DNA from: Longimicrobiales bacterium
Lineage (GTDB): Bacteria; Gemmatimonadota; Gemmatimonadetes; Longimicrobiales; Gaopeijiaceae
Direction: 5' to 3'
Length of the DNA: 64,000 bases
NCBI GenBank assembly: GCA_965248195.1
Contig: CBDFIQ010000002.1
Span: 576,001 to 640,000 of the forward strand
Shown: positions 1 through 10,773 of the stretch, in pieces
Position numbering within the stretch: the stretch's first letter is position 1
Layout: every line of letters begins with the position of its first letter
Position numbers and translations under genes: made by a program
The notes under the pieces: model-generated
Databases searched by the model: none
The model's input: only the letters and a program-made list of their open reading frames with translations
What the model was told of the DNA's origin: nothing

Positions 1-1388
1 AAGAAGCCGTCACCCGGATCGCGGAGTGGGCGGCTTCCGAAGGCTACCTGGAGCGGGTCGAGATCCTGGGGTTCGTGGACGAGCGCCGCAGTGTGGACTG
101 GATCGTATCTGCCGGGGGGCGCGTGATGAACCTGCTCACCAAGGGCAGCGAGCGCCACTGCCGCATGCAGTTGCGGCGAACCCTCGACCAGCATCTCGAG
201 GACATTCGCCGCACGGTGGAGTATGCACGTGAGCAGGAGCTGAAAGTCAACGTGTACCTGGAGGACTGGTCCAACGGGTACCGCGACAGCCGCGATTACG
301 TCTACGCCCTCGTGGAGGGACTGCGGGAAACGGGAGTCGCGCATGTCATGCTGCCCGACACGCTGGGCGTGATGACGCCAGACGAAGTCCAGGCGAGCCT
401 GGTGGACATGATCGCGAGGTTCCCCGAACAGACGTTCGACTTTCATCCGCACAACGACTACGGGCTGGCCACCGCCAACGCCATCATGGCGGTCGAGGCG
501 GGCATCCGTACCATCCATTGCACGGTCAATTGCCTCGGGGAGCGGGCGGGTAACGTGTCCCTCGCCGAAGTCGCGGTTGTGCTGCGTGACAAGATGGGAA
601 TGACTCTGTCGATCGACGAGACCAAGATCCTCGCCCTGAGCCGGATGGTGGAGAGCTTCTCGGGCAAGCGGGTCGCCGACAACGTGCCCGTGATCGGCGC
701 CGACGTGTTCACCCAGACCAGCGGCATCCACGCCGATGGCGATCACAAGGGTGAATTGTATCACACGCCATTGAGCCCGGAGCGGTTCGACCGCAAGCGC
801 AACTACGCACTCGGCAAGATGAGCGGCAAGGCGTCCCTGAAGAAGAACCTGGAGGAGCTGGGCATCAGCCTGTCGCCCAAAGACCAGGCGGAAGTGCTGA
901 AACGGATCGTGAGCCTCGGGGATTCCAAAACCACCATCACCGTGGAGGATCTGCCGTTCCTCATCGCCGACGTGTTGGAGCGCAAGGACTTCCGCCACAT
1001 CGAGTTGCTGACCTGCTCCGTCACCAGTGGGCTGGACCAAGAGTCGACGGCGAGCATCCGGGTTAAAGTGAACAATGAGGTGCACGAAGCGTCTGGATCG
1101 GGAAACGGCGGATTCGACGCTTTCATCGACGCGATCCGCAAAGTGTTCCCCCGCCAGTTCGAATTCCCGGAGCTGGTGGACTACGAGGTGCGCATCGCCA
1201 AGGGCGGCAACCCCAGCGCGTTGACCGAGGCGTTCATCACCTGGCAGGACGGCCCGCGCACGATGAGAACACGCGGCGTCAACGCCAACCAGGTGCTCGC
1301 CGGTGTCGGTGCGACCCTGCGCATGCTGAACATGAAGCTGCACCAGGCGGCGGAGTCGTCCGAGCCCGAATCACTGGCGCAAGGATAG
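1..1388 (+). CDS. cimA: (R)-citramalate synthase / alpha-isopropylmalate synthase family, 5'-truncated by window
   Basis: Frame is open from nt 3. HMGL-like TIM barrel motifs (LEDWSNG, LPDTLG, FHPHNDYGLA, LGERAGN, GIHADG) plus a C-terminal regulatory domain (GNGGFDAF); resembles Leptospira/Bacteroides CimA. Confidence 0.85.
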   Translation, partial: EAVTRIAEWAASEGYLERVEILGFVDERRSVDWIVSAGGRVMNLLTKGSERHCRMQLRRTLDQHLEDIRRTVEYAREQELKVNVYLEDWSNGYRDSRDYVYALVEGLRETGVAHVMLPDTLGVMTPDEVQASLVDMIARFPEQTFDFHPHNDYGLATANAIMAVEAGIRTIHCTVNCLGERAGNVSLAEVAVVLRDKMGMTLSIDETKILALSRMVESFSGKRVADNVPVIGADVFTQTSGIHADGDHKGELYHTPLSPERFDRKRNYALGKMSGKASLKKNLEELGISLSPKDQAEVLKRIVSLGDSKTTITVEDLPFLIADVLERKDFRHIELLTCSVTSGLDQESTASIRVKVNNEVHEASGSGNGGFDAFIDAIRKVFPRQFEFPELVDYEVRIAKGGNPSALTEAFITWQDGPRTMRTRGVNANQVLAGVGATLRMLNMKLHQAAESSEPESLAQG

Positions 1389-1400
1389 TCGACCTTGGAG

Positions 1401-2318
1401 CTAGTCGACGACCTCGACCCTTACGTACCCGTTCGTCCAACAGCAGTGAAACTCGAATCCGTAGGTGGGATTCCGCCCGGACTCCAGATCGTTGATCGCC
1501 TGGACCCGCACGACGTAGCTGCCCGGCTGGCTGAAGGTCACGAGGGTCGTGGCCGCACCCTCGGCGGCATCCATCCGAATCTCGGGCTCGCTGAACATGA
1601 CCTCGCCCGGACCCTGATGCTTCGTCCATCCGAGCCAGGTCCCAGGCTCCGCGTGTCGAATCCACGCGGTGAGGGGCAGGGGCTCGTTCGCTTGCACGGT
1701 GTGGGGACCCGCCCATAGGCCCCTCCGTCCCTGGAGCTCCGGCCCACCCTCCTCGAGCCTCAGGAACGGCGCGGCGGCGCCCCGACCGGATGAAGTCGGC
1801 TCGTCCAAGATGTATTCGGGGAGAGTCCACCCTGGGACCACCAGCTCGTCCCCCTGGCTCGTCAGCGTCCAGACGATGTCCCTCGTGCCGAAGTCGTCCG
1901 GCACGGTGACCGAGAAGACGCACCAGTGATGCCGGTATTTGGAGGTCAGAGTCGGGTCCGGGACGGGATCGAAGTGTGTGGGCTGCGCGCCGTCATACTG
2001 AGCCGGCTCGATTCGATTCTCCGGCCCTAGCGGAATGTCGAGCGACTGCTCGGTGTTCATGTTGAAGTAGCCGAAGCAGAGCGTGTAGCTACCGTCGGGG
2101 TTCTCGAACCAGCCGTCGTAGATAGGAATGACGTTCTGGCCCCGGGGGCGCAGGGGATCTTCGTTCAGAGGGTTCTGGCCGGGAATCTGCGCGGCGAGCG
2201 GGGATGATAGGGGTAGCCCGCCAAGGAATCCCCCCACGACCAACAGGGCCCATGCGAGACGCACGTCCTTCGCGTCGATGAAACGTCTAACGACCGCGTC
2301 CAGCGACGGCTCGGTCAT
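1401..2318 (-). CDS. Secreted hypothetical protein with C-terminal Ig/PKD-like segment; paralog of 39829-40821
   Basis: Likely start MTEPSL at 2318, 11 nt after the upstream stop. Hydrophobic signal ending LAAQ; shares GWxxNxDGS..FGYxNxN, QPTHFxP, VWTLTxQG and VTFxxPGxYV with the paralog. Confidence 0.75.
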   Translation of the reverse strand: MTEPSLDAVVRRFIDAKDVRLAWALLVVGGFLGGLPLSSPLAAQIPGQNPLNEDPLRPRGQNVIPIYDGWFENPDGSYTLCFGYFNMNTEQSLDIPLGPENRIEPAQYDGAQPTHFDPVPDPTLTSKYRHHWCVFSVTVPDDFGTRDIVWTLTSQGDELVVPGWTLPEYILDEPTSSGRGAAAPFLRLEEGGPELQGRRGLWAGPHTVQANEPLPLTAWIRHAEPGTWLGWTKHQGPGEVMFSEPEIRMDAAEGAATTLVTFSQPGSYVVRVQAINDLESGRNPTYGFEFHCCWTNGYVRVEVVD

Positions 2319-2329
2319 CGTCCGACGGT

Positions 2330-3685
2330 TCAGGGATCGTCTCGCGCCGCCATCCGGTTCCGCTCGGCGGATAGTCTCTCGAACTGCTCGTCGGTGAGAT
2401 ACGTCATTCCGAGCCATACGTGAGACATCTCGTCCACCCCACGCTGTCCGAACACTACCCATTGACGGGGATCGGGGTTGATCGGGTTATCCGCGGTGTT
2501 GTCCCAGATCGTAGTGATCAGGAGAACGGTGCCCTTCGGCAGTAGGGGCGTAATGTTGTCCTCGTACTCGTACGAGATCTGCCAGAAGTGGTTGTAGTTG
2601 TCCACCTTCACCAGCATCTCCCGCCGCCCGTCCGGGTAGATCGCTTCCAGGGACTGCTCCCTTCCGCGCATGTGCATGTGGGGCCGGAAGCTCGTGATCC
2701 TCGCAGGACCGTTCAGGACGTGGACGCCCTGCTGCGCCTTGATCGAGTGCGGAGGAATGACGATGTCGCCGGCCCAGGGCATATCGCCCCCGCGGTCTGC
2801 GGTGAACCGCTGCTCCCCGATCGTCTCGTACTCCGGTTGGTAGCCCTCCGGGTAGAGCCACACCGCGGCCGTCGTGCGCTCGTTCGCCACCTCTTCATCG
2901 ATGGGGAAGTAGTGGAGGTTCCAGTTCAGCTCGCCAGAGGGCTCGATGAGCATCCCGGTGTTCGCCGGAAAGAGATCCCCGCCCTTCCCGATACCTTGCC
3001 GGCCGAGCGGCCGCGATCGCCTTTGCCCATCTTCCCCCTCGAATCCGAGCGTAACGTGCCCGTGATGAAGGACTCTCACACCCAACGGGTAGGAGCCCTT
3101 CAATTCCGTGGCCCTCACGTAACGCGGTCCGTCGATGATCCCCTCGAAGGGTGTGGTCTGGACCCACCACTGGTCCTGACCATTGGCCGCGACCGTGAGG
3201 GGGGGAGCCTCGATCACGAAGTCCGGGGGGCCGAGCTCATCCTCGAGCTGCCATTCGCTACCGTCCGGTAGCTCCGGTAGCGTCGGGAGCTTTGCGGGAT
3301 CACCCTCGGGTGCACCCGCGTCGACCCAGCTCACGATGCTCTCGATCTCGGAATCGGACAGTGAGATGTCGTTCTTGTAAGCCTGGATCCCGATCGTCGG
3401 GTCCAGGTGCCAGGGGGGCATCACCCGCGCCTGCACGTTCCGTTTGATTCGCGACGCATAAGGCCGCACGTCCTCGTAGCTGAGCAACGCCATCGGCCCG
3501 ATGCCGTTCGGCTGATGACATCTAACGCAGCTATCATACAGGATCGGAGCGATATCTTCCGCGAATGTGGGGCTGGATTGCGCCTGGACGACGCCTGGCT
3601 TTGCAGCGCCGATGAGGAGAACCAGGGCCAGCGCACGCATCGCCGGAACCTGCGATGGACGGAACTGGGTGCGACTCCTCATCAT
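2330..3685 (-). CDS. Exported cytochrome c (CxxCH) fused to copper type II (PHM/DBH-like) monooxygenase domains
   Basis: Signal peptide (VQAQ); CVRCH heme motif; MPPW; HH, NLHY, PHMH and DEM motifs positioned like PHM CuH/CuM ligands. Confidence 0.75.
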   Translation of the reverse strand: MMRSRTQFRPSQVPAMRALALVLLIGAAKPGVVQAQSSPTFAEDIAPILYDSCVRCHQPNGIGPMALLSYEDVRPYASRIKRNVQARVMPPWHLDPTIGIQAYKNDISLSDSEIESIVSWVDAGAPEGDPAKLPTLPELPDGSEWQLEDELGPPDFVIEAPPLTVAANGQDQWWVQTTPFEGIIDGPRYVRATELKGSYPLGVRVLHHGHVTLGFEGEDGQRRSRPLGRQGIGKGGDLFPANTGMLIEPSGELNWNLHYFPIDEEVANERTTAAVWLYPEGYQPEYETIGEQRFTADRGGDMPWAGDIVIPPHSIKAQQGVHVLNGPARITSFRPHMHMRGREQSLEAIYPDGRREMLVKVDNYNHFWQISYEYEDNITPLLPKGTVLLITTIWDNTADNPINPDPRQWVVFGQRGVDEMSHVWLGMTYLTDEQFERLSAERNRMAARDDP

Positions 3686-4058
3686 GACTCGCTCCTGACT
3701 CAGGTGGGCGTCCGCACGGGTGCCTCAGCCTCAAACTGTGAACTGCGTCGCTATCGCGCAATGAGATGGTGTGGGCTCGGTTTGATGATTGAACGACACA
3801 CCCCGACGGCGGCCTTCGACAAAGCTGGGCATGGATAGTCAGGGTATGACCGACACGGTTCGCGAGCAAGGGAAACCGCAGTAGAAGGAGGTCCTCTAAA
3901 CTTATCGTGAACCCTCACTGGCGCGGCGCGGCTCGGGTGCGCATCATGCGGGAGACGTCCGAGGCGGGTCGGGATGCGACGACTTGCTCCAGCGGGTCGA
4001 CCCTCCGGCGGAGCGCGTGAGCGTGGTGATTTTCGATCCTTGGTTCAGGAGGGTTTTT

Positions 4059-6179
4059 ATGGACCCGAAACCCGAAGTCTGCAGTCTCTGCGGGAGCGAG
4101 ACTGAGGAACGCGGTCGAATCACCCGGCGGGGGCTTGTCGAGGGCAGGGGGGGCGCGCTATTTGTGGCGACCGCCGTTGTTGGCGTCCTGCTCGCCACGC
4201 CGGTGCCCGGTGCTACCCAGCATGTCAATGACCGGCCTGGATCCGAGCCTGGGGGCTGGCGCTACATCGGTGGAGACGCCGGACACACCCGATCCACGCC
4301 TCTGAATCAGATCGACGCCTCGAACTTCGCCGATCTCCAGGAGGAGTGGACTTGGAGCAATGCCAGCTTCGGGGCGACTCCCCCGCGCTCTACGCCCGTT
4401 TACGCAGGCGGGAAGTTGTTCACGGTAGCCGGGCCGCGCCGGCACGTGGTGGCGCTCGACCCCGCCACGGGAGAAACGTTATGGACGTTTAGCGAGCCCA
4501 ACACCTTCCGTTGGGAGTATTCCATGCGCGCTCCTTGGGGGAAGGGGATCGCGTACGCTGAGGTGGACGGTAGGGGCGTCGTCTATATCACGACCCCGGC
4601 ATTCTTCCTTCACGCCCTCGACGCGGAGACCGGCAGACCCCTCGAGGACTGGGGGACCCCGGTACCGTTGGAGGGATTTCCGCAGACCGGCGTGGTGGAT
4701 CTCCTGCCCGACCTCCTGGCCGACTGGGGTCCGTGGCAGGAGTGGGACGAGCCGTATGACCCCTATTACGGGATCCCGCTGGAACTCGGTTATATCACGA
4801 GCTCTTCACCGCCGATCGTCGTGAACGGCACGGTCGTGGTGGGCAACTCGGCCGAGCAGGGCTACAACCAGACGCGGATCGAGAACGTGCCCGGCGACAT
4901 TCTGGGTTACGACGCCAGGACGGGTGCGCACAAGTGGAAGTTCCACGTGATCCCGCGGCCGGGCGAGGTGGGCCACGAAACGTGGGAGAGCGACGCCTGG
5001 CAGTGGACGGGGGACGTCTCCTCTTGGGCGCCGATGTCGGCTGACCCGGAGCGCGGAATCGTCTACATCCCCACGAATCCGCCCACCATCGACTTCTACG
5101 GTGGCTTCCGGGCCGGTGACGGCCTGTTCGGCACGAGCCTCATCGCTCTCGACGTGGAGACCGGCGAGAGAGTGTGGCACTTCCAGATGGTTCACCACGA
5201 CGTCTGGAACTACGACACCTCTACGGCGCCGATCCTCATGGACGTCACTGTGGACGGGGAGAGGATTCCCGGGGTGTTTCAGGCCACGAAGCAGGCGATT
5301 CTCTGGTCGTTCAATCGGGAGACGGGCGAGCCCATCTGGCCCGTCGAGGAGCGTCCGGTGCCCCAGTCGGATGTGCCGGGCGAGCAACTCTCGCGCACTC
5401 AACCGTTCCCCACGAAGCCCGTGCCATACGATCTCCACGGGTTCACGGAGGACGACCTCATCGACTTCACGCCCTCGCTGCGGGAGGAGGCCCTCGAGAT
5501 CGCCTCGGATTACCGGCTCGGTCCGATCTTCAACCCGCCCGTGCACAGCGACAACCCGGAGGGATTGCGGGGCTCGATCTGGTGCCCCGGTGAGCTGGGC
5601 GGGACGAACATCTCCGGTCCCCCCGTGGCCGACCCCGAGACCGGAATCATTTATACCGTCTCACGGACGAACTGCGGCTGGCGCACCATCGTCCCGGGCA
5701 TCGAGCGAGATCAGCTGCTCGAGCGACCGACGGGGGTCGGGATCGCGGACTTCGCTGTCGGCCGGGGTACACCCAGCGGCGTACCGGGTCCTCAGGGGCT
5801 GCCGTTGGAGAAGCCGCCCTACAGCCGAATCACCGCGATCGACCTCAATACCGGGGAGCACCTGTGGTGGATTCCCAACGGGGGCACGCCGAGGTTCATT
5901 CAGGAACACCCGGCGCTCCAGGGATTGGACATTCCTCCCACTGGGAATTTGGGCCACTCGGCGATGATGGTGACCCCGACCATGCTTCTCCACACGGCAA
6001 TCGGCGACGACGGAAGAACCCCCTTCCTCTATGCAGTGGACAAGGCCACGGGCGAGCGCTTGGGGGGTCGGGAGACCCCGGGTCTTGTGAGGTACGGCAT
6101 GATGACTTACATGCACGAGGGTCGGCAGCACATCGTCCTTCAGGCTCCGGGCGCGCTGGTCGCGCTCACCTTGCCGTGA
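4059..6179 (+). CDS. PQQ-dependent dehydrogenase (glucose/quinate dehydrogenase-like beta-propeller)
   Basis: AGGAGG RBS before ATG 4059; repeated ALDxxTGxxxW propeller motifs; [12 protein letters not shown] and TQPFP motifs. Confidence 0.85.
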   Translation: MDPKPEVCSLCGSETEERGRITRRGLVEGRGGALFVATAVVGVLLATPVPGATQHVNDRPGSEPGGWRYIGGDAGHTRSTPLNQIDASNFADLQEEWTWSNASFGATPPRSTPVYAGGKLFTVAGPRRHVVALDPATGETLWTFSEPNTFRWEYSMRAPWGKGIAYAEVDGRGVVYITTPAFFLHALDAETGRPLEDWGTPVPLEGFPQTGVVDLLPDLLADWGPWQEWDEPYDPYYGIPLELGYITSSSPPIVVNGTVVVGNSAEQGYNQTRIENVPGDILGYDARTGAHKWKFHVIPRPGEVGHETWESDAWQWTGDVSSWAPMSADPERGIVYIPTNPPTIDFYGGFRAGDGLFGTSLIALDVETGERVWHFQMVHHDVWNYDTSTAPILMDVTVDGERIPGVFQATKQAILWSFNRETGEPIWPVEERPVPQSDVPGEQLSRTQPFPTKPVPYDLHGFTEDDLIDFTPSLREEALEIASDYRLGPIFNPPVHSDNPEGLRGSIWCPGELGGTNISGPPVADPETGIIYTVSRTNCGWRTIVPGIERDQLLERPTGVGIADFAVGRGTPSGVPGPQGLPLEKPPYSRITAIDLNTGEHLWWIPNGGTPRFIQEHPALQGLDIPPTGNLGHSAMMVTPTMLLHTAIGDDGRTPFLYAVDKATGERLGGRETPGLVRYGMMTYMHEGRQHIVLQAPGALVALTLP

Positions 6180-6233
6180 GGTCGATGCGGCTGGTCTTGG
6201 GGGCAGGGGAAGGAGACCGGTATTCGAGAGAAA

Positions 6234-6293
6234 GAAGGAAGGAGGCCGGTCTTTCGAGATGAGGAAGGAAGGAGGCCCGTCTTTCGAGACGAG
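6234..6293. repeat. 30-bp tandem direct repeat (2 copies, plus a degenerate copy near 6208)
   Basis: gaaggaaggaggccggtctttcgagatgag / gaaggaaggaggcccgtctttcgagacgag. Confidence 0.9.
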
Positions 6294-6321
6294 GAAGAAA
6301 TTGATTTTGTGAACACTTCAC

Positions 6322-7053
6322 GTGGGCAAGGCATCCATGGAAGGCAAGCGAGAGGACGGCGATATCGCCCGGAGTGAGGACACTTCCGGAGAGGAAGGCA
6401 CCTCCCGAGAGGAAGGCACTTCCCGAGAGATAGAGCAGGAGTGGACCGATCTCACGAGGCGCGATTTCTTGGAGGGCAGCGGGGCCGCGTTGGTGGTCGC
6501 GGGCGTACCGAGGCTCGGGTCGGCGGAGGTGGAGGACGGGGGCGTCTCCACACAAGTGTTGGAGGCCGTTCCTCAGACGGCGATCCGCGTCACGGTCAAC
6601 GGAACCGAGCACCGGATGGAGGTAGAGGACCGGTGGACGCTCAACGAATTCCTCCGGGACCACGTCGGGCTCACGGGCTCCAAAATCGGCTGCAACCGAG
6701 GCGAATGTGGTGCGTGCACGGTGCTGGTGGACGGCGAGCCGGTGTATTCGTGCAGCACGCTTGCGGTGTGGGCAGACGGTCGGAGGATCGTGACCGTGGA
6801 AGGGCTGGAGCAGGGCGGTGCCGTATCTCCGTTGCAGCAGGCCTTCATGGATCACAATGCGCCTCAATGTGGGTTCTGCACGTCGGGCCAGCTGATGACG
6901 GCGACTGCGCTGTTGGACCGTAACCCGCGGCCGACGGCGGACGAGACGCGTGAGGCGATGGTGGGCAATCTCTGCCGGTGTTCGAATTACAACGCGATCG
7001 TGGAGGCGGTGCTTGCGGCCGCCGGGACCTCGGAGTCGGGAGGCGCGCCATGA
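6322..7053 (+). CDS. Xanthine dehydrogenase family 2Fe-2S subunit with Tat signal (PaoA/YagT-like)
   Basis: TRRDFL twin-arginine motif; [18 protein letters not shown] and NLCRC clusters. True start may be ATG 6337. Confidence 0.9.
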   Translation: MGKASMEGKREDGDIARSEDTSGEEGTSREEGTSREIEQEWTDLTRRDFLEGSGAALVVAGVPRLGSAEVEDGGVSTQVLEAVPQTAIRVTVNGTEHRMEVEDRWTLNEFLRDHVGLTGSKIGCNRGECGACTVLVDGEPVYSCSTLAVWADGRRIVTVEGLEQGGAVSPLQQAFMDHNAPQCGFCTSGQLMTATALLDRNPRPTADETREAMVGNLCRCSNYNAIVEAVLAAAGTSESGGAP

Positions 7054-9221
7054 GCCCGCAACAGGCGCCTGGGCAGGTCGGGCCGATGAACACGGTCGGG
7101 CACAATGTTCCGCGCATCGATGCCTACGAGCGTGTAACCGGGAGAGCCACTTATACGGGCGACGTTCGGCTCCCGGGGATGTTGTACGCACGGGTCTTGC
7201 CGAGCCCGCATCCGCACGCGCGCATACGCAGTATCGACACGTCGAGGGCCGAGGCCTTGCCGGGCGTGAGGGCGGTTGTCACGCATGAAACCCACGAGTT
7301 GATCTACAGCTCGGGCTCCATAGCGGGGGGGCGGCAGTACAACGACGCGGCCAAGGATATCACCACACACCTTCGGTACATGTTCGACAATCCCGTTCGT
7401 TTCGTCGGGCAGCCCGTGGCCGCTGTGGCTGCGGTCAACCGGCACGTTGCCGAGGAGGCGCTCCAGCTCATCGAGATCGACTACGAGGAGTTGCCGTTTG
7501 TCCTCGATCCTGAGGAGGCCCTCGAGCCGGGCGCTCCTCCCATCTGGCCCGAGGGCAACCTCGCGCTGGATTTCGCGAACCAAGCCAGACCCTCGGGGGG
7601 GACGAGCGGGGACCCCGAGGCGGGATTCGCGGAAGCCGATCAGGTGTTCGAGGATCGATACACGACGGCCTTCGTGCAGGACGCCCAGATGGAGCCCCGT
7701 TCCGCCCTGGCGCAGTGGGAGGGTGACAAACTCACGCTCTACACGCCGACCCAGGGCATCTCGAATTGCCGTCACGACAACGCGCGGGATCTGGGTCTGG
7801 ACGACCATCAGGTTCAGGTCATCTGCAAGTACATGGGCGGTGGGTTCGGTGACAAGAACGGCAGCTACTACTTCGATCTGATCGCAGCAATGCTGGCGAA
7901 AGAAGCAGACGCGCCCGTGCTGCTCGAGCTCACGCGCAAGGACGACTGGCTCGGCACACACGGCCGCTGGCACACCGTGCAGGACTTCAAGGTGGGCGTG
8001 GCCCAGGACGGCACGGTGATGGCGATTCAGCTGCACGGCTACAGCGGGATGGGTCCGTATCTGAGGCGATCCGGGGGCATCGGCGGGATCGACGTTTACG
8101 CCTGTCCCAACGTGGAGCGCGTGATCTACCCGGTGCACACGAACCGGATGGTGTCGGGGAATTTCCGGGCACCGTCGGATCCCCAGGGCTATTTCGCGAT
8201 CCAGTCGATGATGGACGACATCGCCTACAAGGTGGGCATGGACCCGGTGGACTTCGCGCTGAAGAATATGCGGAGGCCGACCGAGCAGGTCCGGTTCACG
8301 AACTACTCGCTCGAGGAGTGCATCGAGCAGGGCCGAGAGCTCTTCGACTGGGAGCGCCGCTGGCGTCCCGAGCCGGGCTCGGACCCCGGGCCGATCAAGC
8401 GTGGCGCCGGAATGGCGTTCATGATGTTCCGATCAGGTGTCGGCCCGAGCAGCGCGATCCTCCGGGTGAATTCCGAGGAGTTGTACACGCTGTTTGTAGG
8501 CGTGACAGACATCGGACCCGGCGCGAAGACCACGATGGCCATGATTGCCGCCGAGGAGCTGGGCGTACCGCTGTCGCAAGTGGAGGTCGTCTGGGGCGAT
8601 ACCGATCGCTGTCCGTATTCGGTGGGTGAGTCGGGGAGCCGGACCACGACGATGACGGGCTACGCGGTCGTTCAGGCTGCCCTGGACCTCAAGAGCCAGA
8701 TCGCGGAGAAGGGGATGCCGCGGGGAGACGACGTGTTGATCGCGTCGGCGACCCCGACACCCAGCACCCAGGGAAGGCGGCGTATGTGCTTCGGCGCGCA
8801 CTTCGTAGAGGTGGAGGCGGACGTTCAGCTCGGCCACGTGCGGATCACCAAGTACGTGGCAGTCCACGAGTCCGGTCGTATCCTCAACCCGCTGCCCGCG
8901 AAGGACCAGATCCGCGGCGCAGCGCTGCAGGGCGTAGGACAGGCCCTGCACGAGGATCTCCTGTATGACCCGCGGAACGGACATCCGCTCACGGCCGGAT
9001 ACTACGGGGCGCGACACCTGACGCATATGGATGTGCCGGAAATCGAGGTGACCTTCATCCAGACCGACGACGGCTACGGGCCCTACGGCGCGAAAACGGT
9101 CGGGGAGGCGGGCATCATTCTGGGTCCGGCCGCGGTGGCGAACTCGATCTTCAACGCCATAGGACATCGCATGAAGGACCTGCCCATCACGCGCGAAAAG
9201 ATTCTGGAGGCAACAGCATGA
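7050..9221 (+). CDS. Xanthine dehydrogenase family molybdopterin-binding subunit
   Basis: ATGA overlap with upstream stop; VTGRATY, MGGGFG, FRAP, GSRTT and GAKTVGE (catalytic Glu) motifs. Confidence 0.9.
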   Translation: MSPQQAPGQVGPMNTVGHNVPRIDAYERVTGRATYTGDVRLPGMLYARVLPSPHPHARIRSIDTSRAEALPGVRAVVTHETHELIYSSGSIAGGRQYNDAAKDITTHLRYMFDNPVRFVGQPVAAVAAVNRHVAEEALQLIEIDYEELPFVLDPEEALEPGAPPIWPEGNLALDFANQARPSGGTSGDPEAGFAEADQVFEDRYTTAFVQDAQMEPRSALAQWEGDKLTLYTPTQGISNCRHDNARDLGLDDHQVQVICKYMGGGFGDKNGSYYFDLIAAMLAKEADAPVLLELTRKDDWLGTHGRWHTVQDFKVGVAQDGTVMAIQLHGYSGMGPYLRRSGGIGGIDVYACPNVERVIYPVHTNRMVSGNFRAPSDPQGYFAIQSMMDDIAYKVGMDPVDFALKNMRRPTEQVRFTNYSLEECIEQGRELFDWERRWRPEPGSDPGPIKRGAGMAFMMFRSGVGPSSAILRVNSEELYTLFVGVTDIGPGAKTTMAMIAAEELGVPLSQVEVVWGDTDRCPYSVGESGSRTTTMTGYAVVQAALDLKSQIAEKGMPRGDDVLIASATPTPSTQGRRRMCFGAHFVEVEADVQLGHVRITKYVAVHESGRILNPLPAKDQIRGAALQGVGQALHEDLLYDPRNGHPLTAGYYGARHLTHMDVPEIEVTFIQTDDGYGPYGAKTVGEAGIILGPAAVANSIFNAIGHRMKDLPITREKILEATA

Positions 9222-10228
9222 AAGCCTTTACGAACCAGAATGCGCGTACGCTCGATGAGGCGGTGGCGCTTGCCCAGGACGCGCTCCGTGACGGCCGGTC
9301 GGTCTCGTTCGTCGGGGGAGGCACCGATCTCCTTCAGCTGATGAAGGACAAGGTGGTGAATCGGCCGGGGTCGAGTGAACCGGACGTCCTCGTGAACCTC
9401 AAGACCGTGGACGGGCTGGATGGAGTGACCTCCAGGGGACGGGACGGTGTGACCGTAGGTGGGATGACCACCCTCGGCGCGCTCAGCGAACATTCCCTCA
9501 TCCGTGACCGGTTCACCGTGCTCGCCGAGGCGGCTGAGAGTGTCGCGACCCCCCAGATTCGGCATACCGGCACGGTGGCCGGAAACGTCGTTCAGCGGCC
9601 CTGGTGTTGGTACTATCGCAACGGCTTCCCCTGTTACAAGGCCGGGGGCAACCAGTGCTTCTCCGTCGCGGGTGAGAACCAGCTCCATGCGATCTTCGGT
9701 GGTGGCCCGAGTTACATCGTCCATCCTTCGGACCTCGCGCCCGCGCTCGTCGCTCTCGACGCGACGTTCCGGATCGTGGGGCCCGAGGGTGAGCGGACCC
9801 TGTCCGGATCGGACTTTTTCGTGCTTCCGCGCCAGGACGCAGAACACGAGAACGTTTTGGCGGACGACGAGGTGCTGGCGTCGGTCACGCTTGCAGCGCC
9901 CCGTGACGGCGTGCGGAGTACGTATCACAAGATCATGGATCGCGAGGCATGGACCCACGCCTTGGTGAGCGCCGCCGTCGTGCTCGACATGAACGGGGAC
10001 GTGTGCCGGGAGGCGCGGATCGTGCTCGGAGGCGTGGCTCCCGTTCCGTGGCGGGTTCCGGGAGCGGAGGGTCTGCTGGCCGGACAACGTGTCACGCCTG
10101 AGCTCGCCCGCGAAGTCGGCGCGGCAGCCGTGGCGGGAGCGAGGCCCCTCTCGAAGAACGCCTACAAGGTCCCGCTGACCCGGGGTGTGGTCGAGCGCAC
10201 CGTCTTGGCGCTTGCCACGTCCGCCTAG
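9218..10228 (+). CDS. Xanthine dehydrogenase family FAD-binding subunit (PaoB/YagS-like)
   Basis: ATGA overlap; GGGTDL, ATPQIRHTGTVAGN, HPSD and LGGVAPVPWR motifs; Cys-rich insert. Confidence 0.9.
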   Translation: MKAFTNQNARTLDEAVALAQDALRDGRSVSFVGGGTDLLQLMKDKVVNRPGSSEPDVLVNLKTVDGLDGVTSRGRDGVTVGGMTTLGALSEHSLIRDRFTVLAEAAESVATPQIRHTGTVAGNVVQRPWCWYYRNGFPCYKAGGNQCFSVAGENQLHAIFGGGPSYIVHPSDLAPALVALDATFRIVGPEGERTLSGSDFFVLPRQDAEHENVLADDEVLASVTLAAPRDGVRSTYHKIMDREAWTHALVSAAVVLDMNGDVCREARIVLGGVAPVPWRVPGAEGLLAGQRVTPELAREVGAAAVAGARPLSKNAYKVPLTRGVVERTVLALATSA

Positions 10229-10232
10229 GACC

Positions 10233-10625
10233 ATGAGTCCGCCTGAGACTGTGAGAAACAGGGCATCAACGTTCCGGCTCGCTATCGTAATCTGCGCCGG
10301 TGCCGTCGCAGGTCTTGGCGCCCCCGCCTCGGCAGCCGCCCAGACTCCAGCGGACTTGGCGCTCAAGGCGCGGGTCGAGGCGGCCCTGGTGAGCGCGTCC
10401 GACGTTCCCGCGGATTCCATTACCGTAGAGGTGAGCGACGGGGTCGTGACCCTCTCCGGCTCGGTCGTCTGTGAGGAGTGCGGAGGCCGCGGCACACCGC
10501 CCGGTTTCGGAACGGTTCAGCAGAGTCTCGGCGCCCTCGTTCGTGCATTACCCGGTGTTGAACGCCTAGAATTCGAGTTGCGGTATCAGCCCACGGCCGG
10601 ACAAGCCGGCGGCGCGGGCGCGTAA
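10233..10625 (+). CDS. Exported single BON-domain protein
   Basis: Signal peptide (AAAQ); D..LKARVEAAL...ITVEVSDGVVTLSG..ALPGV BON pattern. Confidence 0.7.
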   Translation: MSPPETVRNRASTFRLAIVICAGAVAGLGAPASAAAQTPADLALKARVEAALVSASDVPADSITVEVSDGVVTLSGSVVCEECGGRGTPPGFGTVQQSLGALVRALPGVERLEFELRYQPTAGQAGGAGA

Positions 10626-10773
10626 TCCGTCAGACACTCTTACTCTGAATTCTGGGCCCGAGCCGCACGCTGTAAACGAGCCTGCCAACGTGGTCTCTGA
10701 GAGGATGGTCCCGGCCCTGCGGGGGCGCTACAATGGACTCGGTTCCACCCTCGTAAACTGACGGAGGAGAGAG

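Noticed and set aside
4059..4140. CSLC and TRR motifs at the PQQ dehydrogenase N-terminus as a Zn site or Tat signal
   Set aside because: A single CxxC in a likely signal region and a poor Tat consensus (TRRGLV); the start codon is uncertain.
9083..10495. 470-aa minus-strand ORF and similar long antisense ORFs (6987-8138, 18610-19764, 31165-32322, 44443-45609, 52698-53831)
   Set aside because: Shadows of well-supported genes on the opposite strand, with no recognisable domains.
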